Positions 25,631 through 34,828 of a DNA stretch of 64,000 nt are shown piece by piece. How positions within the stretch are numbered: position 1 is the stretch's first letter; each line of letters starts with the position of its first letter. The stretch lies in the IMG/VR virus record IMGVR_UViG_3300047160_009070, positions 1-64,000 of that record; one strand, given 5' to 3'. Source of the stretch: a virus. The translations under genes and the position numbers were made by a program. The notes below the pieces were generated by a model, which worked only from the letters and a program-made list of their open reading frames with translations, was not told the origin of the DNA and did not search any database.

Positions 25631-26002
25631 ATGAGCGAACTGACACCGGACGTCCCGCCGACCGAGGCTCCTCCGCCCGCACCGGAGGGTGACGAGCTTG
25701 ATCCTCGTCAGGTGCCGGGCTACGAGCCGAAGTTCCCGCGCCTGTCCACCACCAGACGCGTTCTCGGCCATGTCACCGACGAGGTGGACCAGTCCGCGCT
25801 CGGTCCCCGGAACACGCTGACCGCGCTCGCCTACGCGCTGTGGCGTGACGACAACACCCCGGAGATCGGCGGAGAGCTCTCAGACGCGACGGTGGCCACC
25901 AAGGAGCATCTGGACCAACTCGTCGGAGCTGGCTTGGTGGAGGATCGTGGCGACGGCTCCTACGGAGTCACGGACGCCGGCTGGGTCGAGCTTCACAACT
26001 AG
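25631..26002 (+). CDS. Hypothetical protein, winged-helix-like C-terminus
   Basis: HLDQLVGAGLVEDRGDGSYGVTDAG. Confidence 0.6.
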   Translation: MSELTPDVPPTEAPPPAPEGDELDPRQVPGYEPKFPRLSTTRRVLGHVTDEVDQSALGPRNTLTALAYALWRDDNTPEIGGELSDATVATKEHLDQLVGAGLVEDRGDGSYGVTDAGWVELHN

Positions 26003-26014
26003 GGGGTCGTCGCT

Positions 26015-26359
26015 GTGTCGATGACTGTCGTCGGGTCGGGTACGCAGACCGCGATCATCGGCAGCGAGCACACGCTGCAGGACACGTCGGCGATCGGTAT
26101 CTACACGTTCGAGGTGGATACCGTCAACATGGCGGCGCTCGACATCCTCGAGCTTCGGGTGTACAAGATGGTGCTGACGTCCGGCACCCGCCGTGTCTGC
26201 TATCTGGAGAGGTTCACGGACGCGCAGCCGACGGACGATCTGATCAAGGTGTCGGTGCCGATCTCGACGGCGCTGACCGACTCCGGCGCGCTGAGGTTCA
26301 CGCTGAAACAGATCGCCGGCACGGGGCGCGCCTATCCGTGGTCGGTCAACAGCTTTTAG
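26015..26359 (+). CDS. Putative structural protein
   Basis: Beta-rich 114-aa ORF in the structural operon. Confidence 0.6.
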   Translation: MSMTVVGSGTQTAIIGSEHTLQDTSAIGIYTFEVDTVNMAALDILELRVYKMVLTSGTRRVCYLERFTDAQPTDDLIKVSVPISTALTDSGALRFTLKQIAGTGRAYPWSVNSF

Positions 26360-26362
26360 CCG

Positions 26363-26914
26363 GTGGATTTCGCGAAGGCGCCCATCGACCCCTATGGGGG
26401 CTTCGGCTGTCTGTCGTCGGTGGGTCCCGGCTCGCCGCTGCAGGAGATGTACTTGGCGGCTGTCGCGACCACGACGCTGGCGGGCGCGTGGCCGTCCGCG
26501 AACGAGGCGCTGTTCTACCCGGTGCTGGTCCGCGAGCCGGTGTCGGTGTACGGGTTCGGGTGGAGCAACGGCGCGTCGGTCAGCGGGAATGTGGACGCCG
26601 GGATCTACGACACGCACGGGACGCGTCTCGCGAGCCTCGGTTCGACGGCGATGTCCGGCACCTCGGCGCTGCAGTCCGCGGCGCTCGGCGGGCCGCAGGC
26701 GATCGACCCGGGGTTGTACTACCTCGGGATGGCGGCGGACAACACGACGGCGACGTTCATGCGGGTCAGCACCGTCCACCTCGAGTATCTCCGCGCGTCC
26801 GGTGTCCAGAAGATGGCGTCGGCGTTCGCGCTCCCGTCAACGGCGACGTATGCGGCGATGGACCAGGGGTACACGCCGCTGGTGTTCGCCTACATCGAGA
26901 GCTCGACGTTCTGA
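26363..26914 (+). CDS. Putative structural protein, paralog 1 of 3
   Basis: AWPSANEALFYPV...NGASVSGNVDAGIYD. Confidence 0.7.
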   Translation: MDFAKAPIDPYGGFGCLSSVGPGSPLQEMYLAAVATTTLAGAWPSANEALFYPVLVREPVSVYGFGWSNGASVSGNVDAGIYDTHGTRLASLGSTAMSGTSALQSAALGGPQAIDPGLYYLGMAADNTTATFMRVSTVHLEYLRASGVQKMASAFALPSTATYAAMDQGYTPLVFAYIESSTF

Positions 26915-27468
26915 TGGAACTGTCCCGCCACATGGTCGCCCCGTTCAGCCCGTTCGGCTGCATGTCAACGGCCGGGGAGGGCGGCCTGTCCGCCCAGGAC
27001 ACGTTCGCGGTGAACGCGTCAACGTGGGCTGACATTGCGTGGCCGTCCGCGAACCTTGCGTTCTACTGCCCGGTGCTGCTGGAGGACATCGTGACGGTGT
27101 ACGCGATCGGCTGGCAGAACGGCAACGCGGTGTCCGGCAACGCCGACGCCGGGATCTACGACACGAACGGGACACGGTTGCTGAGCGCCGGGTCGACAGC
27201 CCAGTCGGGCACGTCCGCGCCGCAGGTCGTGACGCTCGGCACCCCGGTGGTCCTGAACCCCGGGCTTTATTACATGGCGGCGGTGCTGGACAACACGACC
27301 GGCCACATCGTTCGCTGCCAGTCGGGGGGCGCGGTGTTGCAGCGTGTCAGCGGCGTGCAGCAGCAGGCGTCCGCGCTGCCGCTGCCGTCTACCGCCACGT
27401 TCGCGGCCGGCGGCACGAACGCCCAGACGGCGCTGATCATGGCCGCGATCGAAAGCGCGACGTTCTGA
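26914..27468 (+). CDS. Putative structural protein, paralog 2 of 3
   Basis: AWPSANLAFYCPV...NGNAVSGNADAGIYD; TGATG coupling. Confidence 0.7.
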   Translation: MELSRHMVAPFSPFGCMSTAGEGGLSAQDTFAVNASTWADIAWPSANLAFYCPVLLEDIVTVYAIGWQNGNAVSGNADAGIYDTNGTRLLSAGSTAQSGTSAPQVVTLGTPVVLNPGLYYMAAVLDNTTGHIVRCQSGGAVLQRVSGVQQQASALPLPSTATFAAGGTNAQTALIMAAIESATF

Positions 27469-28007
27469 TGGACTATCCGCGCGACGCAGCGGTCCCGACG
27501 CACATTCACAGCTTCATGCGGTTCTGCAACATCCTGGCCGCCAAGAACATCGGCAATATCGGGGTGCCCGCGTCCGGCGCCTGGGGGACGGCGAACACCG
27601 CGATCTACATTCCGGTTCGCATCCCGTGGCCGTATGTGGTGCGCCGCATGTTCTGGGTGAACGGGTCAGCCGCCGGCGGGAACTGCGACATCGGCCTGTA
27701 TTCGATCGGCGGCGGCAAGATCTACACGGCAGGGTCGACCGCCGGGTCCGGCAACACCGCCCCCCAGTATGTGACGCCCGGCACCGAGATCCTGCTGTCC
27801 CCCGGCGTGTATTTCATCGCGTTCGCGGCCGACAACACAACCGCGAACCGTCTCACCCTGTCCGCTTTGACAGCTGCGAGCGGACGCCCCGTCGGCTACT
27901 ACCAGCAGGCGTCGGCGTTCGCGCTGCCGAGCCCCGCGTCGTTCGCCGCGTACAACGCCGTCGGGATCCCGTTGGTGGGGATCACCAACTCAAGCTCGGG
28001 GTTCTAG
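27468..28007 (+). CDS. Putative structural protein, paralog 3 of 3
   Basis: AWGTANTAIYIPV...NGSAAGGNCDIGLYS; TGATG coupling. Confidence 0.7.
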   Translation: MDYPRDAAVPTHIHSFMRFCNILAAKNIGNIGVPASGAWGTANTAIYIPVRIPWPYVVRRMFWVNGSAAGGNCDIGLYSIGGGKIYTAGSTAGSGNTAPQYVTPGTEILLSPGVYFIAFAADNTTANRLTLSALTAASGRPVGYYQQASAFALPSPASFAAYNAVGIPLVGITNSSSGF

Positions 28008-28010
28008 CCG

Positions 28011-28796
28011 GTGGCCGGACCGACCATCCGGCACGCCGAGGTCCTGGCGCCGGCGGCAGGTCCGGACCTGACGCCGTCGGCGACGGACACCACGTCCGCG
28101 ACGTCGTCGCTGACCGCCGCGACGCTGCTGTCGCCGTCGGCGACGGACACCACGTCGGCGACCGCGGCCACAACCGCCGCGACGCTGCTCACACCGTCCG
28201 CTGCGGGTGTGTCAGCGGCAACGATGTCGGTCAGCGCCGGGGCGTCCCTGACGCCGTCCGCCTCGGCGACCACGTCAGCGACCGCGGCCACAACCGCAGC
28301 CTCGCTGGTCACACCGTCCGCGACGGACACGACCGCCGCGAGCATGACGGTGCTGACGGGGGTGACGATCATCCCGTCGGCGGCTGGCGCGTCGAGCGCC
28401 ACCATCTCCGCGATCGTGGTGGGGATGCGGCTGTCGCCGTCGGCGACGGCCACGACGTCGGCGACGCTGCCGGGCTTGATGCCTGTCCTCGGCCCGATCG
28501 CGGCCGGGGCGTCCGCCGCCACCGCTGGCCTGAAACCGTATCTGGCGGGCAGCGCCAGCAGTGTCACAACTGCGCTGGTGACGATCTTCGCGCCGGTGAT
28601 CCACCTGCCGGACATTGTGTTCTGCACCGAGGCGTTCGTGATCCGTCCCGAACTGTTCTCCCCGCTCGCGGCCACCCCGACGACCCGCTCGCCGCTCGGC
28701 TCGCCTCACGTCCCGGCGGTCCCGGCGTCCCCCCGGCAGGCTGCGCCGGTCGGACAGTCGACGAACACGGCACTGCTCGCACCGACTGTCTGCTGA
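28011..28796 (+). CDS. Thr/Ser/Ala-rich repeat protein (20-aa period)
   Basis: Repeats L(T/S)PSATDTTSATAATTAAT; 60-nt DNA repeats at 28071-28460. Confidence 0.7.
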   Translation: MAGPTIRHAEVLAPAAGPDLTPSATDTTSATSSLTAATLLSPSATDTTSATAATTAATLLTPSAAGVSAATMSVSAGASLTPSASATTSATAATTAASLVTPSATDTTAASMTVLTGVTIIPSAAGASSATISAIVVGMRLSPSATATTSATLPGLMPVLGPIAAGASAATAGLKPYLAGSASSVTTALVTIFAPVIHLPDIVFCTEAFVIRPELFSPLAATPTTRSPLGSPHVPAVPASPRQAAPVGQSTNTALLAPTVC

Positions 28797-28830
28797 CCGT
28801 GATCGTTTCTAAACTCATCTAGGAGGCGCG

Positions 28831-29385
28831 ATGTCCATCTCGACCCCAACCCCGACATGGAAGCGGTTTGACACCTATCCGCCTCTGATCGGCGCGCTGC
28901 AGTCCGCCGGCCTGTTCGTCGATCTGACGTCGGCGACCGCGATCAAGGCGATCTTGAAGGGCACGACGGCGCTGGTGACGGGGTCGTGCACCAAGCTGAC
29001 GGTGGCGACACCCACCGGCACTTTGACGCTCGGCTCTGCGTCGATCACCGCCGTGTCGGCTCTCACGAACATCGTGGTCGGGTCCTCGATCCAGGGTGCC
29101 GGTGTTCCGCAGGGAGCCCGGGTCGGTTCGATCAATTCGGTCACGAACGTGATCACGATGGTCGACGTCAACAACAACCCGATCGGCGCGACCGCAGCCG
29201 GCACCGGGGTGACGTTGACGATCAACGTCGGCACCGTGTCCTACACCTGGGGCGGCTCGGATCTGTCGGTAGCGGACACCTACCAGCAGGAGTTCGAGGT
29301 GACGTGGACCGGCGGCGCGATCGAAACGTTCCCGAACGACTCGTACAACACGATCATCGTCAAGCCGGATCTCGAAAACGCCTGA
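28831..29385 (+). CDS. BppU-N-like structural protein
   Basis: KRFDTYPPL..VDLTSAT...GTVSYTW...YQQEFEVTW..IETFPNDSY. Confidence 0.7.
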   Translation: MSISTPTPTWKRFDTYPPLIGALQSAGLFVDLTSATAIKAILKGTTALVTGSCTKLTVATPTGTLTLGSASITAVSALTNIVVGSSIQGAGVPQGARVGSINSVTNVITMVDVNNNPIGATAAGTGVTLTINVGTVSYTWGGSDLSVADTYQQEFEVTWTGGAIETFPNDSYNTIIVKPDLENA

Positions 29386-29419
29386 CTATGATAATGTCTA
29401 AGCCGGACCTCGAGAACGC

Positions 29420-29836
29420 GTGATGGCGATCAGGTTCCTGAAGGAAGCCAGGACCGACACTTGGCGTCTGCTGACCGAGGAGGAACGCGCCGAGATGGTT
29501 CCGGCGGCGGTGGTCGAGAGGCCCCGGTTCGTGTCGCTGGCACTGCGGCAGGACATCGAGGCGCCCAGGATCGGTGAGACGGTGCGCCTGTCGATGACGG
29601 TGGTGGACCTCGAGCAGCTCGAGGGCCCGTCGCTGCGCGGGCGCGCGAAGGCGGACGTCGAACTGGTCGCGTCGCTGTCGGACTCGCTCGGGATCACCCA
29701 TCAGGCGGACGTGGTCCGTGACAACCAGGGCTCCTACCACGCCGACTTTGCGGTGGAGCGCGCCGGCCGGCATGTGTGGGGTGTCTCTACCGTCGGCGCG
29801 AACGCCCAGCTCGCGTTCCACGCAAGGCCCGCCTGA
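29420..29836 (+). CDS. Hypothetical structural protein
   Basis: Ig-like C-half GSYHADFAVERAGRHVW; coupled on both sides. Confidence 0.6.
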   Translation: MMAIRFLKEARTDTWRLLTEEERAEMVPAAVVERPRFVSLALRQDIEAPRIGETVRLSMTVVDLEQLEGPSLRGRAKADVELVASLSDSLGITHQADVVRDNQGSYHADFAVERAGRHVWGVSTVGANAQLAFHARPA

Positions 29837-30678
29837 TGGACCGTCTGCAGCAGGGACAGTCCGGCACCCTGAACGCCTACTGGGAGCGCAACGGTGTCGC
29901 CTGGGACCCGGGGACGGTGCAGGTGTCGGTGTCCAGCCAGGCGACCGGGACGGTGATCGCGTCCGGTCTCGCGACCGGGACCGGCAACTCGGGCAGAACG
30001 TTCGTGCTCGCCCCGTCGAACACGGCGGGCCTTGACTATCTGACGATCACGTGGACGTCGCTGTCCGACAGTTCGGTGCTGACGACGTATGCGGAGATCG
30101 TCGGCGACTTTCATTTCACGGTCGCGTTCGCCCGCACCCGCACCCCGCTCGGCGACACCGCGACCTACTCCACCCAGCAGGTTCTGGACTACCGGACGTT
30201 GGCGGAGATGGCGATCGAGGACATCTGCGGCGTGTCGTTCGTTCCCCGCTACCGCTACGACATCGCCCGGATCGTGAGTTGGGGGATGCTCGAGCTTCCG
30301 CGGCGCAGGATCCGCAGCGTGCTGAACATCTACACGCAGGCGGACAGCCCGTCGCCGGTCGCGATCCCGTCTTTGGCGGGTTTGCGGATCGAGAACGGCG
30401 GTCTGATCTTCATGCCCGCCATGTTCAACTGGTGGTCAACCCCGATCTATGTGAGCTACGTGTCCGGCTACGACTTCGTGCCGCCCCGCGTCGCCAGGGC
30501 GTCGCTCGAGCTGTGTCGCCGCTGGCTGGTGGAGTCGCCGTGGGATGAGCGCACCACCGGGTTCCGCACCAGGGACGGCGGGCAGATGACGATCCTGACG
30601 GCGAACCACACGGACGCGTTCGACATTCCCGAGGTGGTCGCGGTCGCCGACGCGTACGGCACCCCGGCGGTGATGTAG
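29836..30678 (+). CDS. Head-tail adaptor/connector protein
   Basis: AEMAIEDICGVSFVPR, YVSGYDFVPPRVARASL, IPEVVAV. Confidence 0.75.
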   Translation: MDRLQQGQSGTLNAYWERNGVAWDPGTVQVSVSSQATGTVIASGLATGTGNSGRTFVLAPSNTAGLDYLTITWTSLSDSSVLTTYAEIVGDFHFTVAFARTRTPLGDTATYSTQQVLDYRTLAEMAIEDICGVSFVPRYRYDIARIVSWGMLELPRRRIRSVLNIYTQADSPSPVAIPSLAGLRIENGGLIFMPAMFNWWSTPIYVSYVSGYDFVPPRVARASLELCRRWLVESPWDERTTGFRTRDGGQMTILTANHTDAFDIPEVVAVADAYGTPAVM

Positions 30679-30707
30679 CCATTTATCTTTTAGGCCATAA
30701 CGCGAAC

Positions 30708-31052
30708 ATGACGATGATCCAGATGCCGGCCACCCCGGCGGACCCACAGAAGGGCGTTCCGGGGACGGGACCGCTGATCCGCTGGCAGGGTTCGGTGCAG
30801 GCGTACATCGATGAGGACATCGCCGACGTGATCAAGGGGCACCAGCGGATGCAGGTGTCCCAGACGATCGTTGACCTGCCCGCGAACGTGCCGATCTGGC
30901 CCAACGAGGAGGATCTGATCACGATCGTGCGTGTCGGTGTCGTCGCCCGCTACGCGCCCGCCGGCCCGCAGACCGAGCAGCTGCTGGTCCGCAAGACGGA
31001 CGGCGGTCTGCTGATGCTCGGCAAGCTGCGGCTGATGGTCGTCAGGAGCTAG
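30708..31052 (+). CDS. Putative head-closure protein (start uncertain)
   Basis: Position after adaptor; RWQGSVQAYI; frame is open upstream through an AT-rich patch. Confidence 0.6.
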   Translation: MTMIQMPATPADPQKGVPGTGPLIRWQGSVQAYIDEDIADVIKGHQRMQVSQTIVDLPANVPIWPNEEDLITIVRVGVVARYAPAGPQTEQLLVRKTDGGLLMLGKLRLMVVRS

Positions 31053-31054
31053 CG

Positions 31055-31765
31055 GTGGCGCTCTTCCAGCGAGCTCGCTACGAGAGGGGCGCGGACGGCT
31101 ACTGGGAGATGGACTGGCGGGGCGACGAGGTGATCGCCGACGTGACGGCCGCCACGATCGTCGCGATGGACGTGGTGATGGAGGTCGGTGTGGACATGGC
31201 GAAGGCGAACCACCAGGCGTACCCGCCGCCGTCGTTCAACACCGGCGAGGACCGGTTCCATGACCGGACCGGCCAGACGGTGAACGCGATCAAGGTGCTC
31301 ACCCCCGCCCACAATGTGGGGACCGACGAGCGCCCGCATGTGTTCGGCGACTGGGGTATCGAGGACGGGCCCGCCTACCAGGACCCGGACATCTGGCGCG
31401 AGTCCCGCGGGTTCATCAACCCGCAGGTGGGTGAGCAGCAGCATTTCGCTTCGGGCGACGAGCTGTCGATCGTGGACCGGGCGATGCTGATGGAGTTCGG
31501 CGCTCCCGGCCATTACATCCCCGCCCGCGCCGGCCGTGCAGAGAGGGCAGCACCGATCGCTGCGCGCCCGTTCATCTACCCGGCGTGGGACGCGAGCAAG
31601 CGTCTGCTACCGGCGGCGATCGCCGCCGCGTTGCGCGGCGAGTCGATCGGCGAGGCGCTGTCCAGGGAGGCGAGGATCAGTTCGGCGAACATCGCGTTCG
31701 GGAAGGTCGGCCGTGCCGCCGGCCGGTTCGTCAGCCTCGGCGGCCTGGGCAGGCGCGGCAGATGA
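31055..31765 (+). CDS. Neck/tail-completion protein (HK97 gp10-like)
   Basis: DRTGQTVNAI, MEFG, AARPFIYPAWD. Confidence 0.7.
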   Translation: MALFQRARYERGADGYWEMDWRGDEVIADVTAATIVAMDVVMEVGVDMAKANHQAYPPPSFNTGEDRFHDRTGQTVNAIKVLTPAHNVGTDERPHVFGDWGIEDGPAYQDPDIWRESRGFINPQVGEQQHFASGDELSIVDRAMLMEFGAPGHYIPARAGRAERAAPIAARPFIYPAWDASKRLLPAAIAAALRGESIGEALSREARISSANIAFGKVGRAAGRFVSLGGLGRRGR

Positions 31766-32190
31766 GTGCGGTCAGACCGAACCCGGTCTTGGCGGTCGCG
31801 GCGCTGCTGGAGGCCGACACGCTGGTGCAGGGGCTGTGCGGCGCCAACGTGTTCGACCATGAGCTCCCGGTCGCCGAGGACGTGCTGATGCCGACGAAGG
31901 CGATCGTGGTGATCCCGCACGGAGGCCCGGCGGGGTTCGCGACCCTGACGGTGTACGAGGCGAGGCTGGCGTTGTGGTGCTACGGCGAAACCCAGAACCT
32001 CGCCTACCAGGTGTTCGATGCGGCGTACATGGCGTTGAAGAACAGCGCCCCGTCCGTCTGGGCTGCGACATACATTTACAACGTGATGCTGGCCGGCGGT
32101 CCGACACCGAGCCGCGATCCTGTGCTCCAGTGGCCGTACAACATCTCGACGTTTCTGATAAAGACCTCGGATGTGGAGGGAGCGGTGTAG
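31762..32190 (+). CDS. Tail terminator-like protein
   Basis: Position; LWCYGET, GGPTPSRDP. Confidence 0.7.
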   Translation: MSAVRPNPVLAVAALLEADTLVQGLCGANVFDHELPVAEDVLMPTKAIVVIPHGGPAGFATLTVYEARLALWCYGETQNLAYQVFDAAYMALKNSAPSVWAATYIYNVMLAGGPTPSRDPVLQWPYNISTFLIKTSDVEGAV

Positions 32191-32442
32191 ATGGCCGTGA
32201 AGCACTATCGCTTTGAGGCGGACAACCGCCGGCTTGAGATCGCGGGGGTGACGCTTGAGCCGGGTGACGAGATCGATCTCGAGGAAACGCTCGCGGCGCA
32301 GTTCCCCGGGCTCGTCGAAACAGCCGGTCTCAGCGCTGAGACCACCGTGATCACCCCCGACCAGCCGGCGGGCTGGCCACCACAGCCGCAGACAGGCACA
32401 GCGCCCGTCCAGAATGTCGGGTACGGCGGAGCCTCCGAATGA
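32191..32442 (+). CDS. Small hypothetical protein
   Basis: 83 aa; contains palindrome copy 2. Confidence 0.6.
   Translation: MAVKHYRFEADNRRLEIAGVTLEPGDEIDLEETLAAQFPGLVETAGLSAETTVITPDQPAGWPPQPQTGTAPVQNVGYGGASE
32326..32343. repeat. 18-bp palindrome GGTCTCAGCGCTGAGACC (copy 2)
   Basis: Identical to 18352-18369. Confidence 0.8.
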
Positions 32443-33248
32443 TCCGCGAGGGGTTGCGCCAGGACACCCTGCTCGGGTTCGCGGAGAACGGCGCCGTCGC
32501 CACCTGTTTCATGCAGTCGGTGTTCGAGGCCGCGACCGAGGACTCGCTGCGCGGCGAGAAGCGACGGTGGGGCGACTGGTTCTTCGGGAACGGCCCGTAC
32601 ATCGTCGATAACCGCGCACGGATCGCCCGCTACTTCCTTGAGTGCACCGACAAGCAGTGGCTGTGGATGCTCGACAACGACATCAAGTTCCCCGCCGACT
32701 CGCTGTACCGGCTGCTGGACGCCGCCGAGGAGTTCGACTACAAGGTGATCGGCGCCGCCTACTGGAACCAGTATCCCGGCACCCACTGCTATCTGTCGTG
32801 GCTGGTGTTCACGACCGACAAGCTGCACGCCGTTCCCGAGCTCCCGGAGGACCGCTCGGTGCCGTGCGAGGTGTCGTCGGTCGGGATGGGATGCACGCTG
32901 ATTCACCGTGATGTGCTGCAGGACGTGGCGAACCGCCACCCGAACGATCCGTGGGACACGTTCGGCCAGGACATCCTGGTGCAGTTCGCTGACGGGGAGC
33001 AGCCGGCGTTCGTGATGGCACGCAGCCCCGAGGACTTCGACGAGGACATGCTGCTGAAACGGCCGATCGCCCGTATCGACCGGTGCGGCGAGGACGTCAC
33101 GTTCTGTTTGCGCGCCCGCCGGGAGGGACACCAGATCTGGGGTTTGCCGTCGCTTGAGGTCGAGCATTTCAAGCCGCACTTCATGAACCACGGCGACGGC
33201 GCGCCGTCGATCCGGGTGGTTGAGCCTGATCTGGCGGAGGCGGTGTAA
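32439..33248 (+). CDS. Glycosyltransferase family 2-like protein
   Basis: WLWMLDNDIKF (DxD), VGMGCTLIHRDVL, GEDVTFCLRAR. Confidence 0.85.
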   Translation: MIREGLRQDTLLGFAENGAVATCFMQSVFEAATEDSLRGEKRRWGDWFFGNGPYIVDNRARIARYFLECTDKQWLWMLDNDIKFPADSLYRLLDAAEEFDYKVIGAAYWNQYPGTHCYLSWLVFTTDKLHAVPELPEDRSVPCEVSSVGMGCTLIHRDVLQDVANRHPNDPWDTFGQDILVQFADGEQPAFVMARSPEDFDEDMLLKRPIARIDRCGEDVTFCLRARREGHQIWGLPSLEVEHFKPHFMNHGDGAPSIRVVEPDLAEAV

Positions 33249-33345
33249 ACACTGCCGCTGGACTGGCCATTAGACTGTGCGAAGTTTGGCGTGGGCATCG
33301 CTGATGCCGGAGCCCCATTTCTGAACGTCAGGAGGCTCCTAGCCC

Positions 33346-33954
33346 ATGCAACCGTATGAAGTGATCTGCTTCCCATACGTGGCGTACGTCGCTCCGGTTG
33401 GGAGCTCTTTCCCTCCAGTCAGCGCAAGCTTCGGCTCCGGTGGGTTCTCCGGCCCGCAGAACACTCCGCCGGCGCCTTGGACGACGCTTGGTTCGTCCGG
33501 CAACAAGTCCTACATCGACACGGGCGTGACGGTGTCGCATCCGCAGACGATCGGCACGTTCGTCCCGGGCGGCTCGACCGCTATCCGCAAGGCGTGGCGC
33601 CAGACGGAGGAGCTGACGTGCGCGTTCTCGCTCGCCGATCTGTCCCCGGCGCAGTATGCGTTCACGTTGAACAACGCGACGGTCACGACCGTCGCGCAGT
33701 CGACGTCGTCCGGCGACGAGCATTTCGAGGTGTACCGCGGTGTGCTGGTCAACTCGTTCGCGCTGCTGGTCCGTGGCGTCAGTCCGTTCCAGGAGGCGTA
33801 CGCAGCCCAGTACGAGATCCCGGCCGCCTACAACGCCGGCAACGCCGCCCCCGTGTTCTCCAAGCAGGGTCCGGCGGTACTCGCCGTCGAGTGGCATGCG
33901 TACGAGTTGACGATCGGCCAGCTCGCGACGTTCAGGGCGCAGCAGACTCCGTAG
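33346..33954 (+). CDS. Major tail (tube) protein
   Basis: AYVAPVGSSFP, WTTLG..G..SY...GVTVSH; upstream of chaperones and tape measure. Confidence 0.8.
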   Translation: MQPYEVICFPYVAYVAPVGSSFPPVSASFGSGGFSGPQNTPPAPWTTLGSSGNKSYIDTGVTVSHPQTIGTFVPGGSTAIRKAWRQTEELTCAFSLADLSPAQYAFTLNNATVTTVAQSTSSGDEHFEVYRGVLVNSFALLVRGVSPFQEAYAAQYEIPAAYNAGNAAPVFSKQGPAVLAVEWHAYELTIGQLATFRAQQTP

Positions 33955-33957
33955 CGG

Positions 33958-34299
33958 ATGGCGGTTGACGTCGTTCAGGAGGAGTGGCATCCGAGCCACA
34001 TCACGGCCAGGACGGCGCAGGCGATTTCTGACGACATTCGCCGCCAGGTAGACGCCGATCCTGAGCTTGCCGCGCTTGAGGCGCAGCGCTGCTACCGCGA
34101 GTTCAGGGAGCAGCGGTATGAGGCCCGGCGGCACCAGCGCCGGGCTCGTCGTGCGATATTCCGCGCCAAAACGTTCCAGCGCGACCTTGAGGCGCTCGGG
34201 ATCACCGTGATCTTCGAGCTGGGCCCCCGGGAGCGCGCCCGTCAACTCAACGCCACAGAAGGAGGCGACAGTGACAACCAGGCAGCGCAAGCCACCTAG
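33958..34299 (+). CDS. Hypothetical protein
   Basis: 113-aa ORF in the tail operon. Confidence 0.5.
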   Translation: MAVDVVQEEWHPSHITARTAQAISDDIRRQVDADPELAALEAQRCYREFREQRYEARRHQRRARRAIFRAKTFQRDLEALGITVIFELGPRERARQLNATEGGDSDNQAAQAT

Positions 34300-34828
34300 C
34301 GAACAGACGCCGGCTGCGAACGGCGCGGTGCCGGAGGAGGACTCCAGCAAGGTTCTCGATCTGATCAGCCTCACCCCGAGCCGCAAGCTCGTGAGGCTGC
34401 CGACGAAGGACCATCCGGAGGGGGAGACGTTCGAGTTGCGGCTCGTCGACGATTTCGGGATCGAGATGCAGCAGAAGCTGCTCGCATGGAGCCGGCAGTT
34501 CACCAATCTCATGTCGTCGGAGGAGGAGCTTGACGACGACCAGGCGGCACGGATGCGGTTTCTTCTGGAGAGCCTGTTCGAGCAGGTGCTCGGCCCGTCG
34601 CCGGACATGACGAAAACCGAGTTCGCGGACGCGAGGCGGGGTATGGACGACGCGGTTCGCCACCGGGTGGTTCAGGCTTTTTCGTGGGCGCCGGTGCTGG
34701 CGCGAAACGAGTTGCAGACCGAGTTGATCAAGCGGCTGGTGGACAGGAAGTATCTGAAGCAGGAGCAGGTGGACGAGGTGATGGACGAGCTCAGGCTGGA
34801 GTTGACGAGGTCGACTTCGGGGAGTTGA
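34271..34828 (+). CDS. Tail assembly chaperone (gpG-like)
   Basis: SD AAGGAGG; position before tape measure. Confidence 0.7.
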   Translation: MTTRQRKPPSEQTPAANGAVPEEDSSKVLDLISLTPSRKLVRLPTKDHPEGETFELRLVDDFGIEMQQKLLAWSRQFTNLMSSEEELDDDQAARMRFLLESLFEQVLGPSPDMTKTEFADARRGMDDAVRHRVVQAFSWAPVLARNELQTELIKRLVDRKYLKQEQVDEVMDELRLELTRSTSGS

